A stretch of 62,862 bases of DNA, filler included, from Choristocarpus tenellus KU-1152 (lineage: Eukaryota; Protista; Phaeophyceae): NCBI GenBank assembly GCA_964200185.2. It is 14 parts of 14 records of this genome, joined end to end, with 100 filler letters (N's around TTAATTAATTAA, not from the genome) between each part and the next. Parts side by side here need not be neighbours in the genome. Positions count along the whole stretch, not along the records: positions 38,400 to 42,514 come from CAXNAD020016135.1; positions 42,615 to 47,409 come from CAXNAD020013032.1; positions 47,510 to 50,786 come from CAXNAD020021088.1; positions 50,887 to 56,537 come from CAXNAD020010133.1; 10 more parts are not named here. One strand, given 5' to 3'. Shown piece after piece: positions 40,891 through 54,077 of this stretch. The translations under genes and the position numbers were made by a program. The notes under the pieces are model-generated. The model made no database searches. It was not told where the DNA came from and saw only the letters and a list, made by a program, of their open reading frames with translations. Every line of letters starts with the position of its first letter. Position 1 is the stretch's first letter.

Positions 40891-41764
40891 GGCTTTGGAA
40901 GGCATTTGCAAGGGAAGGGTTGGGGAGAGGAAGAGGATTGGATTAGCCCATGTATCGAGACAAGAAAGAGGCACAGGGGAAAAGGTATACCTTTGTTGGG
41001 TGGCTTAATAAAAAACCCCATAATACCCCCGGAACATTATGTTAGGAGACACATATACTGTAGTTACAAAGTCAACAGCTGACATATCAAAAATACACAT
41101 CGAAATAAAAACAATAAAAGTAATCAGGCAAGCTGACATTAGGACTGACCACTGTCGTGCAGGGAAACCCTAAGTAACACCAAGGGTATACCCCGCAATG
41201 TCAACACCGTCAACACCATACGACTCCCCATTTCACTTCACCTAGTGACAAGAAAATAAATAAATAAATAAATAATAATAATAAGACGGTCACAGTATAC
41301 CAAACTCATTTGGAGCATAAAAACTACAAGAATTTTGCCACAGAGCGCTCTGTGACGCGTACCTGGAAGCACCTGCTAACGGTAACCTCTGTATCTGTTT
41401 GCATGTATGCAGACCATCACAGCGTGAGAACTAGTCTACAACAGGTACAACCCATAGTACCACTTCAAGGCACTATTCTCAGACAAAGGGACCGCAGACA
41501 CGGTCCCTGCCGTTACCTCTGGTTCACATACACTAACACAACAACGCTCTGTCATGATTGGGGGGGGGGGGGGGGAGGGGGTGGGTGGGTATAGCAGCGC
41601 TCAAAGCGTTCATCTCCCCTACTCCTCCACGAGGCAAGTAATACCCCTGAACAATACATCGGACCGTTGGTTTCCAACCCTAACCCTGCAACACGTGCGT
41701 TTGCACGCAGAGAGATTTCAGTCTGTCCTTCCTGACACCCAAGACATGAACAGCCAACCGAGTC

Positions 41765-42038
41765 GAGCCAAAGCATCTTAGGGTTAGGGTTAGGGTAGAG
41801 CCGCGTCCGTTTGGGGGGCCAAAATCCAATGTTGCGATTTTGATGTAGTTTTGGCTATCGTGTTTGCTAGGAGATGCCAATATCCTTGTTCCGGACACAC
41901 CTTTCCATAACGCATATATTTTACCAACTCTGAAACGTTTCGGAGTTGGTAAATGTCATTAAAAAAACCCCATGGGAAGCCAAGCCCCAAATGGACAAAC
42001 AGGAAAAAAAACTCGTACCCTCTAAAATACTTTCACTC
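41765..42038 (+). mobile_element. MITE family A copy with (TTAGGG)3 in the left TIR; TSD AACC
   Basis: AACC|GAGTC-GAGCCAAAGCATCTTAGGGTTAGGGTTAGGGTAGAG ... TACTTTCACTC|AACC. Confidence 0.9.
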
Positions 42039-42415
42039 AACCAGGAGGCGCCAATTGGTGCAGAGACAGAGTGTCCTCCGAATCCCTCCCGAGGCTTGAG
42101 ATGAGAGAACAGCTCCAAAAAGGACCAAGATATTTCCGGGGTGTAAGAGGTACTTTCAGGACCGGACTGGGTTCACAAGGGCAGTTGACCTACTGCGCTG
42201 CATGAGGTGGAACTAAGGACGGAAGGCCCCCTCTCCCCTACCTAACCTCTGGCCTCTGAAAGAACCAGGGGAACTTTCTGTCCGTCGGCGAGATCGACAT
42301 GAGCACCAAGAGAGTCATCCTATCTTCTAGGAGATAAATTCCGGTCCTATTGAGGATTCAAACGCTCCATAAGCCTTCTGCCTGACACCCCATTGTCATC
42401 TGTGAAACGCATCTG

Positions 42416-42461
<46 letters not shown>

Positions 42462-44077
42462 CCGACACCCCCACCAGACCCCCCCCCCCCCCCCGACCAC
42501 ACCTCACGAAGACANNNNNNNNNNNNNNNNNNNNNNNNNNNNNNNNNNNNNNNNNNNNTTAATTAATTAANNNNNNNNNNNNNNNNNNNNNNNNNNNNNN
42601 NNNNNNNNNNNNNNCCACATTCTTGTCCTGTGCCCCCAGCCAACCAGAATTCTACCGCCCACAAAACTCAGTTTACTTCATAAACTCTCACTTTAAGTGA
42701 GTATGAGATGTAGGGACATTGATAATAATTCTCGAAAACTTGTGTTTTTAGAGTATTTGTTACGGTGAGATGGATGTGTACTCTTTATATTAACTAAATT
42801 ATTGAGGATTGAAGTTGTATATGGATGAAATAGTTTTCAATATATGTGGTAGCAAGTTGTGTTCGCTAATCGGATTGTATCAACCATATTGTAGGGAGGT
42901 CTCTCCGATAGGGTCTACTATTCTGATCACCCTTCACTCTAATTCGTCGTATACAAGGATAACACTTTACTGAGGAGTGTGCCGTTTTGTTGTTGGTGTA
43001 TTTTCAAGGGAGTGCACCTTCATTGTCATTGTTGTGAATGGTGTTCAGAACCGAAAATAGATTTCCTATGATAAACAGGGCATAGTCGGGGTTTATTCGT
43101 CTCATGATCTAACTATTATATATAATTGGTGTCAGCTATACCCCTGTTAGAATCCAGCCTTTAGTTATTCACATTTGTAGGAGAAAACAAATATATGCCA
43201 TGATTGATCGGAAAGATCTTTTTTGTACAACCCAACGCAGAACAACATACGAATCAACCGAAATATATTTAACATGTATGTCTCTTAGCAAACCACTTGC
43301 CTAAATATATCATATTTTTATTATGCCCTCTGACATTTTGCAGATGTGTCAAGGGGAAAACCAATCTAAACTATATCAGATGTATACATGTCGTTATTAG
43401 CCCGAAAGAAATAAAATATCCTAAACATCAGAACACTATAAAACATTGTAAGTGTGGAAACCACTAATCAGTTACTTCACTACTATCAAATATTATACTA
43501 CTGTCTTCCTTATCTTCCCATCTACCTACTTCTGTGCCCTGGGGGGGGGAGCTAAGGAAGCATCCCAAATATATTTACATAAGGAAACACCCAAAGGTAT
43601 TTTACCGTGTAAGATACACACGACTAACAGAGACGCCCTATACTTGGCAGGAAAGGACCGAGAGAGATGCCTTAGAATCGGTCCCTCTAGTAAATTCCAA
43701 GGTGTCTCCCTCAGTCACGTCCCTTCCTTTTTGGAGGGTATACTACTGGTGAAAAAAATGCAGTTGGGTTATGAAAAATTATTATACAGAAGTTGTCAAA
43801 AATATTTCTACCCAGCAAAGATTTGGAGTATGTATTAGATGGGTTGTGCCTTTGGTTTCACAGCAACGTAGTATAATAGGAGGCGAGAACGTCAAATGTC
43901 GATAATCGCTAGGACTTTCGCCTGGATCACCAAATTATAATCGTCTCCTAGCTGTGCCTGTCCCACAATTATTTGACATTCCCAGTCCGTGTCCACTCGT
44001 TAATTAACCAGTCCATGTCCGTCTGCCAGACCGGGTATAACAAACTCTATCGTGTCCCGACCACGTCCACTGGTATT

Positions 44078-44325
44078 GAGTGAAAGTATCTTAGAGGGTG
44101 CGAGTTTTGCCCTGTTTGTCCGTTTGGGGCTTGACTTCCCACGGGTTTCTTAATTACATTTTCCTACTCGGAATAGGTAAAATGTATACTTTATGAAACG
44201 GTGTATCCGGAGCAAGGATATTGACACTTCCTAACAAACACAATAGCCAAAACTACATCAAAATCGCAACATTGGATTTCGACCCTCATTTCGACGCGGT
44301 CGTACCCTCTAAGATACTTTGACTC
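44078..44325 (-). mobile_element. MITE family A copy; flanking direct repeat ATT
   Basis: ATT|GAGTGAAAGTATC ... GATACTTTGACTC|ATT. Confidence 0.9.
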
Positions 44326-46182
44326 ATTGTGCAGGTCAATGTCTGCTGGTCGGTCCGGGTCTAACATTCTCTAACATGCCCTGACCATGTCCACTAGGTA
44401 TCGTACAGGTACATGTCCACCACCGGAACAGGGTCCAATCTTCTCCGATATGTCTGGAACATGTCCGTGTGCCAGTGTATATTCTTTCTGGCATGTCCAG
44501 AACATGTCCTCTATGTGTTGGTTACTACTCTGGTGGTACCTCCTCAACAGGTTCACCTCGATTATGGACACAGTCCTTGTTGACTAACGGAACAAGCAAC
44601 TTAGTTGTGGAGCATGTATTTCTGCGCCACATGAGGGTGGTGGGGGGTTTACCACTAAGAATGCGAAAGAGGAATACGTGGTGAATCGTATGGATGTGTG
44701 CTTTGCCCAAGGTTGACGAAGGTCTCTCTTCCAGGCCAGTTCATATTTTACTGCTCGTCACAAGTTACCACTTCCAGTGTAGGAGGGTTTGCTTCATACC
44801 ACCTACAATTGATGAAAAATTATGAATTCTGCTGAAGGGAAAAGCGCTTATGTCTCTACAATGAACTGGAGATCTCACACATCAGCTTTTCATATATACA
44901 TATATGTGTACGCCCCCATGTAAGAAGAAAGATAGAGTATCCTAGTCGCACTAAGTTCTCTCGTCAACAGTCTTTTTCAGACACTATTGTAAACTGTCAA
45001 AGAGAGTGTTACCTCGATCGTTCCTCTTTATAGTTTATCTGACTACCCCTATTGTTCAGGATCCTGTGGAAAGTCGAGTAGGGGTCGGACTGGTAAATCA
45101 ACCACCCCTTATTCCTGGCCACTACATGCACCCCTCTGTTGCAGAGTATTTGAAATAGAAGGGTGCGGATCATCACACGGTCATGAAAACCTTGACCAGC
45201 AGCTGCAACTTAGTGATGACAGTGAGCATTGGCAAATGTGGCTTGCCAAGATGTCCATGTTCTACGCCATCATCTTGACCTCACGTGTAACTGCCACAGA
45301 TGCAGGGGCTACACATGTCATTTGTCTCTCTGTAGTACGAATTGATGATTGTCACCATAAATAGTGCAGCATACTCTGTCATGTGCAGGAATTCTTGTCC
45401 TCTACCACGTTGTTCTCCGTTCCTCCATACGTGTTGCTCACACTTGTCTTCCATATAATTCGCAGGTCCACGATGGTGACGATGCAGAAGAGTCAGCACT
45501 GTAATACCCTTGTTGTGGACAACGAGATGGGACAGAACACTAAGACACCTTTGTGGAGCACCTTCCATATGTTCGACAGTTCACAGCATGCAACAAAATT
45601 AAAAAAGAGAAAAACATTGCCAACCCCAGGATGTTACAGGCTCTGGACAACAGGGAGTTGAACTCCATGCTCCTATTAGGAAGGAGACCTGTGGAAGCAG
45701 AGCAGTGTTGTATATGGTAATAGACAAGTGAAACTGACGACTTTGGTCTCGGTGTGGACATTGCCACAAAACCCTAGGGAGACAACTCGCGTGAGGGGAG
45801 ATGCTCAGATTGAGAGGAGGATGAAATGGCTCCAACACTTGCAGGATAGTGTGTGGCCTATCCATTCTATTTTTGTGCAGGGGTATTGAAGGGCGTCCAA
45901 GGGAGGAAAATTACTTTCGGGACTCATAGAGTTGTCAGCTGTAGGGCCCACTGTGACAATGTCCCAGACAAAGAGGTTGATACTTACGATCCGAGCATGG
46001 ACTTGTCAGGTAGAGGGTAGGAGGAGGTGCCTGGACCTACAATTGGAGTCACAGCGATGGGAATGGACGAGGGGACGGTGATCCCACGGGTATAGGTGTT
46101 GATGTTGTTCCTTAATAGTGAATCTCCAGTCAGAATATAAGAAATTGTTGCAAGTGAAATGTTGTGGTAATGACTACTTTTT

Positions 46183-46358
46183 GGGTCAAAGTATCTGGGA
46201 GGGGGGGGGTGGTTTGTGAGGGGGCGTCCGTTTCGGTCAAACTTTTTTTGCTGATATTTCAAATCCGACACGTGCGACCAAATCACACCAAAAAAAGTGA
46301 AAATCGAAAAAAGGGTGAAAAACGGACGCCGACACCCCCTCCCCAGATACTTTGATCT
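46183..46358 (+). mobile_element. MITE family C (TIR GGGTCAAAGTATCTGGG); TSD TTTT; 45-bp deletion derivative at 33838-33882
   Basis: TTTT|GGGTCAAAGTATCTGGGAGGG..GCGTCCGTTT..AAACGGACGCC..CCCCAGATACTTTGATCT|TTTT. Confidence 0.8.
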
Positions 46359-47509
46359 TTTTTGTGATATACTCTGATCTTTGCTTGCCGGGTAGACACG
46401 AATAATTGTGTGATGTGTGATATGCATGCTTGCTTTGTTGTGTTTTTGTAGTGTGACGAACAAATCCGGAGTTAGGGTTAGGGTTTGGTCAGGGTTACGA
46501 TTCATGCGGTCTAGTTGATATTAATATTTTTCCTGCTCCAACATGTACCTTGGAGGGAGGCTTCGTGAGTGGGATACTACTTAGGCAGGGATATCGACCA
46601 TATCATAGAGTTTCCATTCTTGCACATGTGGGTAGAGCACTATGAGTAAAATACTACAAACGTGCTCGGAGAATTTTGTTTTCAAAAACATGCTAATTCA
46701 AAGTATCAATATCAGGGTCTTTGATACCAGCACTGCTTCTCGTACTCCTTAACTCTCCAAATTTCTAAACATATTTTCTTTCATTCAGGGTCTTATCTTT
46801 TTCTCACCCTGGTCATTTTCAGCAACAATGTCTGACTACCACGTTTGTTATCCTCACAACTACTCGAATTAATTTTTCTCACCACTCACTTGTAGGGAGT
46901 GGTAGTGATAGTAGTTGTCATTGACAGTGAGTGGTGCTGGCGGTACTTCATCTCACTATGCCACAACTAACTACTAATCAGACAGTAGTAGTGCTAGCAG
47001 TAGTGCTAGTAGCGATGGCCCCAATCCACAGTGAGCAGTAGTGCTGACAGTGTTTGCTCGTACAGTCGTATAGTCTTTGTAGCAGTTCCTATCGGTGTAC
47101 CGGTGCCAGTAGTAGGCCCACCGGTACACGAGCTCTCCTGTTGCCAGCAAGGGCTTGATGAACTCCAAGTCGTAGTAATTTTGATTTCCCTCCTAACCCT
47201 AACCCTTCCTCTTGCTGCTGGGTTTGTATCCTTAGAAAATTCTTGCGAAGTGATGCATGCTGGATGCTACATGGATCTATAGGGCTTGCACATAAGCGTA
47301 TACTAAGGAGATAGACGATTAGCGTGCAAAAGATGTGTACGGGGTTGGAGGATCATTGGGGGTAGTGCTGGATAGGTTCAACATGCACCAGCCCTGCCGA
47401 CGGAGTGAANNNNNNNNNNNNNNNNNNNNNNNNNNNNNNNNNNNNNNNNNNNNTTAATTAATTAANNNNNNNNNNNNNNNNNNNNNNNNNNNNNNNNNNN
47501 NNNNNNNNN

Positions 47510-47807
47510 GTTATGAAATGGTGTGACTGGAACAAGGATATTGATACTTCCTAACAAATACGATAGCCAAAATTACATCTAAATCGCAACGTCGGAATTT
47601 CGCCCTCAAATGGACGCGGCTCTACCCTCTAAGATACTTTGGCTCGCCAATATCCACGTTCCGGACACACCTTTTCATATAACGTGTACATTTTTACCTA
47701 CTCCGAAACATTTTGGAGTAGGAAAATGTCATTAAAAAAAACGTGGGAAGTCAAGGTTTAAATGGATAAACAGGGAAAAACTCGTACCCTCTAAGATACT
47801 TTCTCTC
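47510..47807. mobile_element. Two nested MITE family A copies in opposite orientation
   Basis: A minus-strand copy ends at 47645 (GATACTTTGGCTC). It is immediately followed by the right half of a plus-strand copy (47646-47807) that starts mid-element at CAATATCC. Confidence 0.82.
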
Positions 47808-50800
47808 TCCCACCATTTCGAAGACTTTGTGCAATGTGGATGAGAAATTGTTTTTATTTGCAACGACAACAGGTCTCCTGCTAGTAAGGTGCGGCACAAG
47901 GGCCAAACAACCAAGGTGGTGTTCCTTGTTAATGTTTCTCACTTGAGGTATGATACCGCTGCAAATTTCAGCAATTTTGACAGGAAGCTTGGCATCTTTC
48001 CTTTTGTTGGGAGAGTTGCACATTCTTCCCACTTGACTTACAAAGGACTCAAAATTACTAGTGCTATCTATATTCTATCTCTAGACAAGACACCCCTATT
48101 AATAAGACCACTGAAGAGAGGATCGGGATATAAGAGAGGGATTTTTTGCTTGCTCCTACCCTCTCTTATATAGGTACTCTAAGTGTATGAATGAATGGTG
48201 GTATAAAATTACTGCTGTATATAATATACAGTAGTATATCTCTTTTACTGTTCATAATACACATCCCAACTTACTCCAAACCACAAAAATATTTAGCGTC
48301 CAGGGCTCTTGACCAGACTCTTCAAAAGCCTTACACCAGTGAGGAGGGTAGTACAGCAGCTGTGTGCGGCCATCACGTTTCTTTTTCTATATTAAGATTC
48401 TTCGAAGTAGACTATAATATGTATTCCGTACCACACATTTACTCGAAAGAGCTGGCTGGCTGACTGTGGAGCTCCGTATAAGAAACACTCGAGACCTCTC
48501 CACCGCCAACTTACTACTACTGAGGAGGGAGGACAACGTGGCGGCAGGACTGTGCGGTTTGAGTATGAACATTACTGTATAGTAGTAGTAAACATATGAT
48601 GAATGGTGTATTTTACCACACACCGGCTGTACCCTTGCCTCAGGAAGACAGCGGGTTTCTGCACAGCGGATTCTCTGGAAAGATTGGGAAAGTGTCTTTG
48701 GGGAGAGGAGTAAAGAAGTCGTGGAGGAGATATGCAATTTTTTTCAAATATAGATGTGTAGGACTCTTGGCGAGGGTGGGGGAGGAGGGCGATGCCTCTG
48801 ATAACGAGTGAGTAACCTGGTGCCGCTGGAGTGGCGGTGTCACCTCGATTTGTGGTTGTGTTACGCAAGTGATAGACATACACACAATAATTACAAGGAG
48901 TAATACACACTGCATTGAGTAATAATATATAATTTGCTTTAGATATTGACAATCGTGCGGTTGTAGCACAGCTAGCTGACGAAAAACAGGTCCAGTGTAG
49001 CAAAGATTCTGAACAATACCTTTCAGCGAGAAACACCTTACACAGTGAAATTCAACCGAGTATTCTTGCCCACGACCTACTGGGACGATGATTGTCTCCA
49101 AAGTCCAGTACCCAACGCCCTTTGAATTGTGTAGACATGGGTGTCTGTCAAACCTAGAGCATATATGAGTGAAGGGTGCCCACGGGATGACTGATAGATC
49201 TGATCTGCCAATCCACTTCAATGAACTGCAAAATGCCACTAGGGACTACAATAACTGAAGGGAGCGGACATACCCCTCCACATCGTGTTTTCAGAGTGAG
49301 GAAGTAGGGAACGCAAAAGCCCGCTCTAGGCCAACTGAAAATGTGGAAGCTGAAGGAATTCTTCGGTTGTGAGGAGTGGCCCAACAACACTACCCCTCAC
49401 ATATGAGCACAAAGAGCCTGTGCTGTATAGTAGCTCATCCGCTGGACTTAACTTGCCTGATGTGGCTGGCACCAAGATTGCACCACGACTGAGCTTCGAT
49501 TGTGATCACTTCCTAAATCCGTGCAGATCAATCTTGGTTACTACTATTATACACTACTCTACAACATACTGCTATTACTTTTCTCACTACTGCAGAATCA
49601 CATTGAGTGCTACGTGTTACTTCAGAGTACACCTGTGGTGTTCCTTCCAATAGAAGGTTATACAGCCAGTGTTAACGCTACAGTACTAGTTCACACCTTA
49701 GATTATACGACGCTCAAACATATGTTATGTCCGCAACAGTTTAGATGAAAGTAATATGTTCCACTCTCGATTATTAACAAATATATTCCTGGTAACATGT
49801 CAGTGCAAAGCAAAAATAATATACGCTATATCCGTAAAAACTAGCAATATCTTAGCAAAGGGTGTTGAAATGCGTTTCGAAGTGTGATGTTATGTCAAGG
49901 TGTGAAATATTCATGAGTAAAATCCGTAACATTTTGGGGCAGTTCTTGTAATGGTTGGATTATGCACTAATGCAAATGTGGAGCTCAATAAGAATGGGTT
50001 AGACAGGTGGTATTCTGAAGGGTAGTATTAGTATCGGAGGAGTGGAAGTTTTGGCCCTCCTGAAGTGGCAAGCTCCCCCGTATGATATGAAATTCACAAG
50101 AACGGGAAGGGACACAAACCCATTAAAAATGTGGGAACCTCTTTGGAAGTCTACAATATGCACACACACATATGATATATTATTATCATGATAACTTAAG
50201 CAGCTTAGAGGGTATACATACACACACTAGATTGCCATCAGGATGGGCAGGTTAGAATGCTTCGAAGTCAGGTATTCTTTGAAAGGGATGGCTTATATCG
50301 AAGAGAGCTGGGAAGTTGCCATATTATGGAGGAAAGGAGTAGCCAGGTTGGAGTGGAGGGATAGGCACAAGGCAGAGAGGGTAGAGGTGACACTATATGG
50401 TCCAAGTAATTACTTTGCCTGTGTGCCAAGGTCCCTCAAGTTCTCTACTGCAAATATGTTGACGTTGACCTCCGTAATAATCCCGAGTGAAATAATCTGT
50501 GCACAACAACTCAAAAAGACGCTTCATTCCTCACCATAGTGCCCGAAAACAACAATACCGATCAGCCGTGCGGAATGTCTATGGTATCCAGTGTCGCTGT
50601 CGCTTACTCGCCTTGCCGCACAGTTTTTTTTTAATATATATTGAACGGAATGGGGAGACGCCTATCCCTAACCCTAACCCCAGCCCAAAACCCCTAATCC
50701 TGAAAAGCATATCCCTAGTCCGTCTGTTAAAAAAAAAAATGCAGCGAGGGTTATAAGCTACACCGAGACCCAAAGCATCTGGGGGGNNNNNNNNNNNNNN

Positions 50801-50886
50801 NNNNNNNNNNNNNNNNNNNNNNNNNNNNNNTTAATTAATTAANNNNNNNNNNNNNNNNNNNNNNNNNNNNNNNNNNNNNNNNNNNN

Positions 50887-53800
50887 CTTCAGCCTCCACC
50901 TTCCCTTGCTTCAGGATGGGCTTTACCATCCTACGCTTGTCCCCCCCCCCTCCACCTCCTTCCTTTCCTCTGCCCACCACCCACATGCCTTCGAAGAGTG
51001 CTTCAAACAGGCGTTGTGGTCGACGCCTTACAATACCTTGACTACCGACACCTCCGCCACCAACCACCTGAGCCGGAGTGTTAGACGCATGTGACTCAGA
51101 CAGACACCCACGAATTGTGGAGAGAGGTCTGCGGGGAGAAGAAACTACAGTCCCTGGTAATGCAGTTGTTGTTCCACTAGCCTCCTCCCATAGTGAGGAT
51201 CTTCCTGTGGGTTGTGCATCTCCATCGAGCATCAGAGAGCTAGAGTGCTGGAGAGCAATGCTGGGTTGCTTATTCTCTAGGTCAGGTTGTGTTGAATTCT
51301 GGGGTTGCAGCCCAGTCCAATCACCCAAGAAGGGGTGGGAATCAGCCTGCACGACATCCTTCCCCTCCATCTCATTGCCTGCTTGGGACTGAGTTTCACC
51401 GCTTGTGTACATAGTAGAGGAACCAGTATTACCAACAGGGGATGTTTTCCCGGGAGAAACCTCAGGATTGATCTGTTGTGATGGACTAGAACATCCAGGG
51501 ACGGACTCATGGGCCATTGAAAGGCACCGTGGAGGAGATAGGGAGAGTGAGGTCCGGAGCAAGCTGTTCTTTTCTGCATAGTCAAAGTTGAAGTCTCCAA
51601 GGCCTAAGCTTCCATCACCTCCAGCCTCTACCTGACTGTTGAAGAGGGACTCGCCGATATTGTCAAGGCTCTGGTACAGCTCCCTCAGGGCTGGGTCCTC
51701 TTCAATGCCCCCCCAGCCCTCCACCAGCTTGTCATCGACGATGTCATCTACATCAGGTATCCCAGCCCCAAGGGGGCTTAATGGGCTTGGTGGGGCAGGG
51801 GAGACTTCACCAGAAGGAGATGGTGGAGCAAGTAGAATCTTTCCGGCCTTTGCACTACCTGGACCACAGCTCTGTAGTCCGAGCCCACCCCTGAACTCTG
51901 CTCCTGGAGATGTATCATCCACCTTATCTCCCTCGATGTCAGCAAGAGCGTCCGTTAGAGCCAGAGGGTCGAACAGGTCAAATTCCTCTGATTCCAGTGC
52001 TTGGACTGGCATCCCCATTCCCCCCTCCCCCTGGCCCCAGGTCCCGCCAGCACGCCCATTTCTCCTGTCTTTTCCACCAACACTTGACGCACCAAAATTG
52101 CCACTCATGTTTCCAATTACTTCGCTCCCTGAAGAAGGAGAGATTTCAAGCTGCAAGGTTGCTTCAAGACCAGAAGAGATGCCTCCATCCAAACCAGCCC
52201 TAAATGCCTTATCAATTAGGTCACGCTCCCGCTCTGTGTACTCCTCGCCACAACCGCCTTCCTTACCCCGCCCTTCCTCACACAATCCGGAAGAGGGTTT
52301 TCTGTAAGATCGTTCAAACTCCTCCTCCTGATTCATTAGGTCATCTACCCAACTTGTTCCCTTCCCACCCAGTCCTGTCAGATCGGAGACTGATGACCTC
52401 CTGGAGTGTCCACGGGCCCTACCATTGACTGGTCTTCCCAAAGGTGTTCTCCTATGTTCAGGATGCGGTGTGGGTCCACTCAATACCACCTCAGACATGG
52501 TTCTTCCTCTCACAGGACCATGATAATTTCGGGGAGGACGGATGGCCTTTTTGGGCTTCCGAGTGGACCCAGAAGGGCCATGATACATCAGCTGATTCCA
52601 TCGGTTTTTTACTGCATTTTCAGATCGCCCTGGAAGGAGCTTGGCAATTCGAGACCACTTGTTGCCATGACGGTTATGACCCTCAATGAGCTTGGTCTCT
52701 TCCTCTGGGGTCCAGTCCCCCTTTATAAGGGCAGGGTCAAGGTGATTGTTCCAACGCTCCCGACATTGCTTCCCCACCCTACCAGGGATACGAGAAGCAA
52801 TCTCCGTCCAGCTTGTCATTCCAAGGGCTACACAGTCTCGAATTGTCTGGTCCTCCTCAGGGCCCCAAAAGCCCTTTACGAGAGCAGGGTCCAGCACCAT
52901 TTTCCAACGGTTTGCGCATTGTAAACCCGAGCGGGCTTCACCAAGGAAATCCCGTGCAATGGCAGGCCATTCCTGTGTTGTTGCCAGCAATACACAAGTT
53001 TAGGACAAGACAGATGAAAAAGGGGAAGGTACTCTGTTGTCCTAGGGCAAGTATCTCTTGAACACACAGTTGACCACATCAACCAAAACCTTGAAAATAT
53101 TCACACCTGTACAGCAACTTCTGGACACACTCATACATTCGTTCCGATGCGCAGAATATATTACAAAGAGGGACACTTGATTGAGGCAAAATCGCGATTG
53201 TCCTCTCACGGTTGCACCCAGAGGATACGGCCATAGTGATGCATGGGGTATGGGGACGTCATGTTCAATGCAATAATTTTGAGAAATAAGTATAGGAGAT
53301 CGAAGCTTCCGAGGTTGAGACTCACGTGCATGCCTAACGCCGAGACCCCTGCTCGAAGCTGATCATCCTCCTCCTTAGACCAGCTCCCACTGTTCGGCTT
53401 TCCCAGTGCCTGAACCCCAATCCAGTTGCCCACAGGTTCCGAGTTCCTGCGTGCATGGCGGGCTGGCAAGCGCAAGAAGTCCTTCTCAAGCGCACGCGGT
53501 GTGTTCCCAGCATTCTCCCGAGCCCAGCTTACGTCGGCTGGAGTTCGTGGCATTTCGTCCCCTCCATCAGCCCACATTCGACGTGTCGGCGTCCCTTTCT
53601 ACCAGAATATAGCGATAGAGAGGAAAGTGATGGTCAGTGCAGCTGATTAGCATTGGGGTTTCGGAACTTTGGTGGCGAAGAATGGCCGTTCGTGCTTCAA
53701 AAGCAACCAACCAGGATCTAGGCGCTAAGGTGTGACGGAGATGGAAGAACGAAGATCCCAAGCGGACATGAATCCCACGCTCGATTCACCTTTGTAGGAG

Positions 53801-54077
53801 ATGCCAATATATCCAATGCACTCCCGGCACCCTGCAAACGTGGAAGATGTGCCAGGGGTCACGGCTCCGAATATCAGGTTTGTTTGACAGGTGGAGCATA
53901 CCCTGCAACACAGCGCAAAATATGCATTTTGGTTCCCATTCCCATCAACAATGCAAAGACTATGTATTATCTCACCGCAAGCCGCCGCTTCTGAACAAAA
54001 CCAGGGGATGGTGCCCCCCTTGGCGAAGAAGGTGGCAGGCCACCTCGCTTTGTTGGAGGAGGCATTCCTCCAAACAT
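50887..54077 (-). CDS. R1R2R3-MYB (MYB3R) transcription factor, 3'-partial; exons 54077-53976, 53831-53790, 53598-53326, 52972-50887
   Basis: Three tandem MYB repeats: GSWSKEEDDQL..EWPAIA..QCANRW, KGFWGPEEDQ..SWTEIASRIPGRVGKQCRERWNNHL, KGDWTPEEE..GNKWSRIAKLLPGRSENAVKNRWN. Upstream phase-0 GT-AG exons carry S/T-P sites. Confidence 0.93.

Noticed and set aside
44700-49520. Possible exons or retroelement remnants in two contigs (e.g. LEFIKPLLATGELVYRWAYYWHR near 47100; 48450-48810)
   Set aside because: I could not build a phase-consistent gene model or recognise a family, and frames are interrupted by stops.
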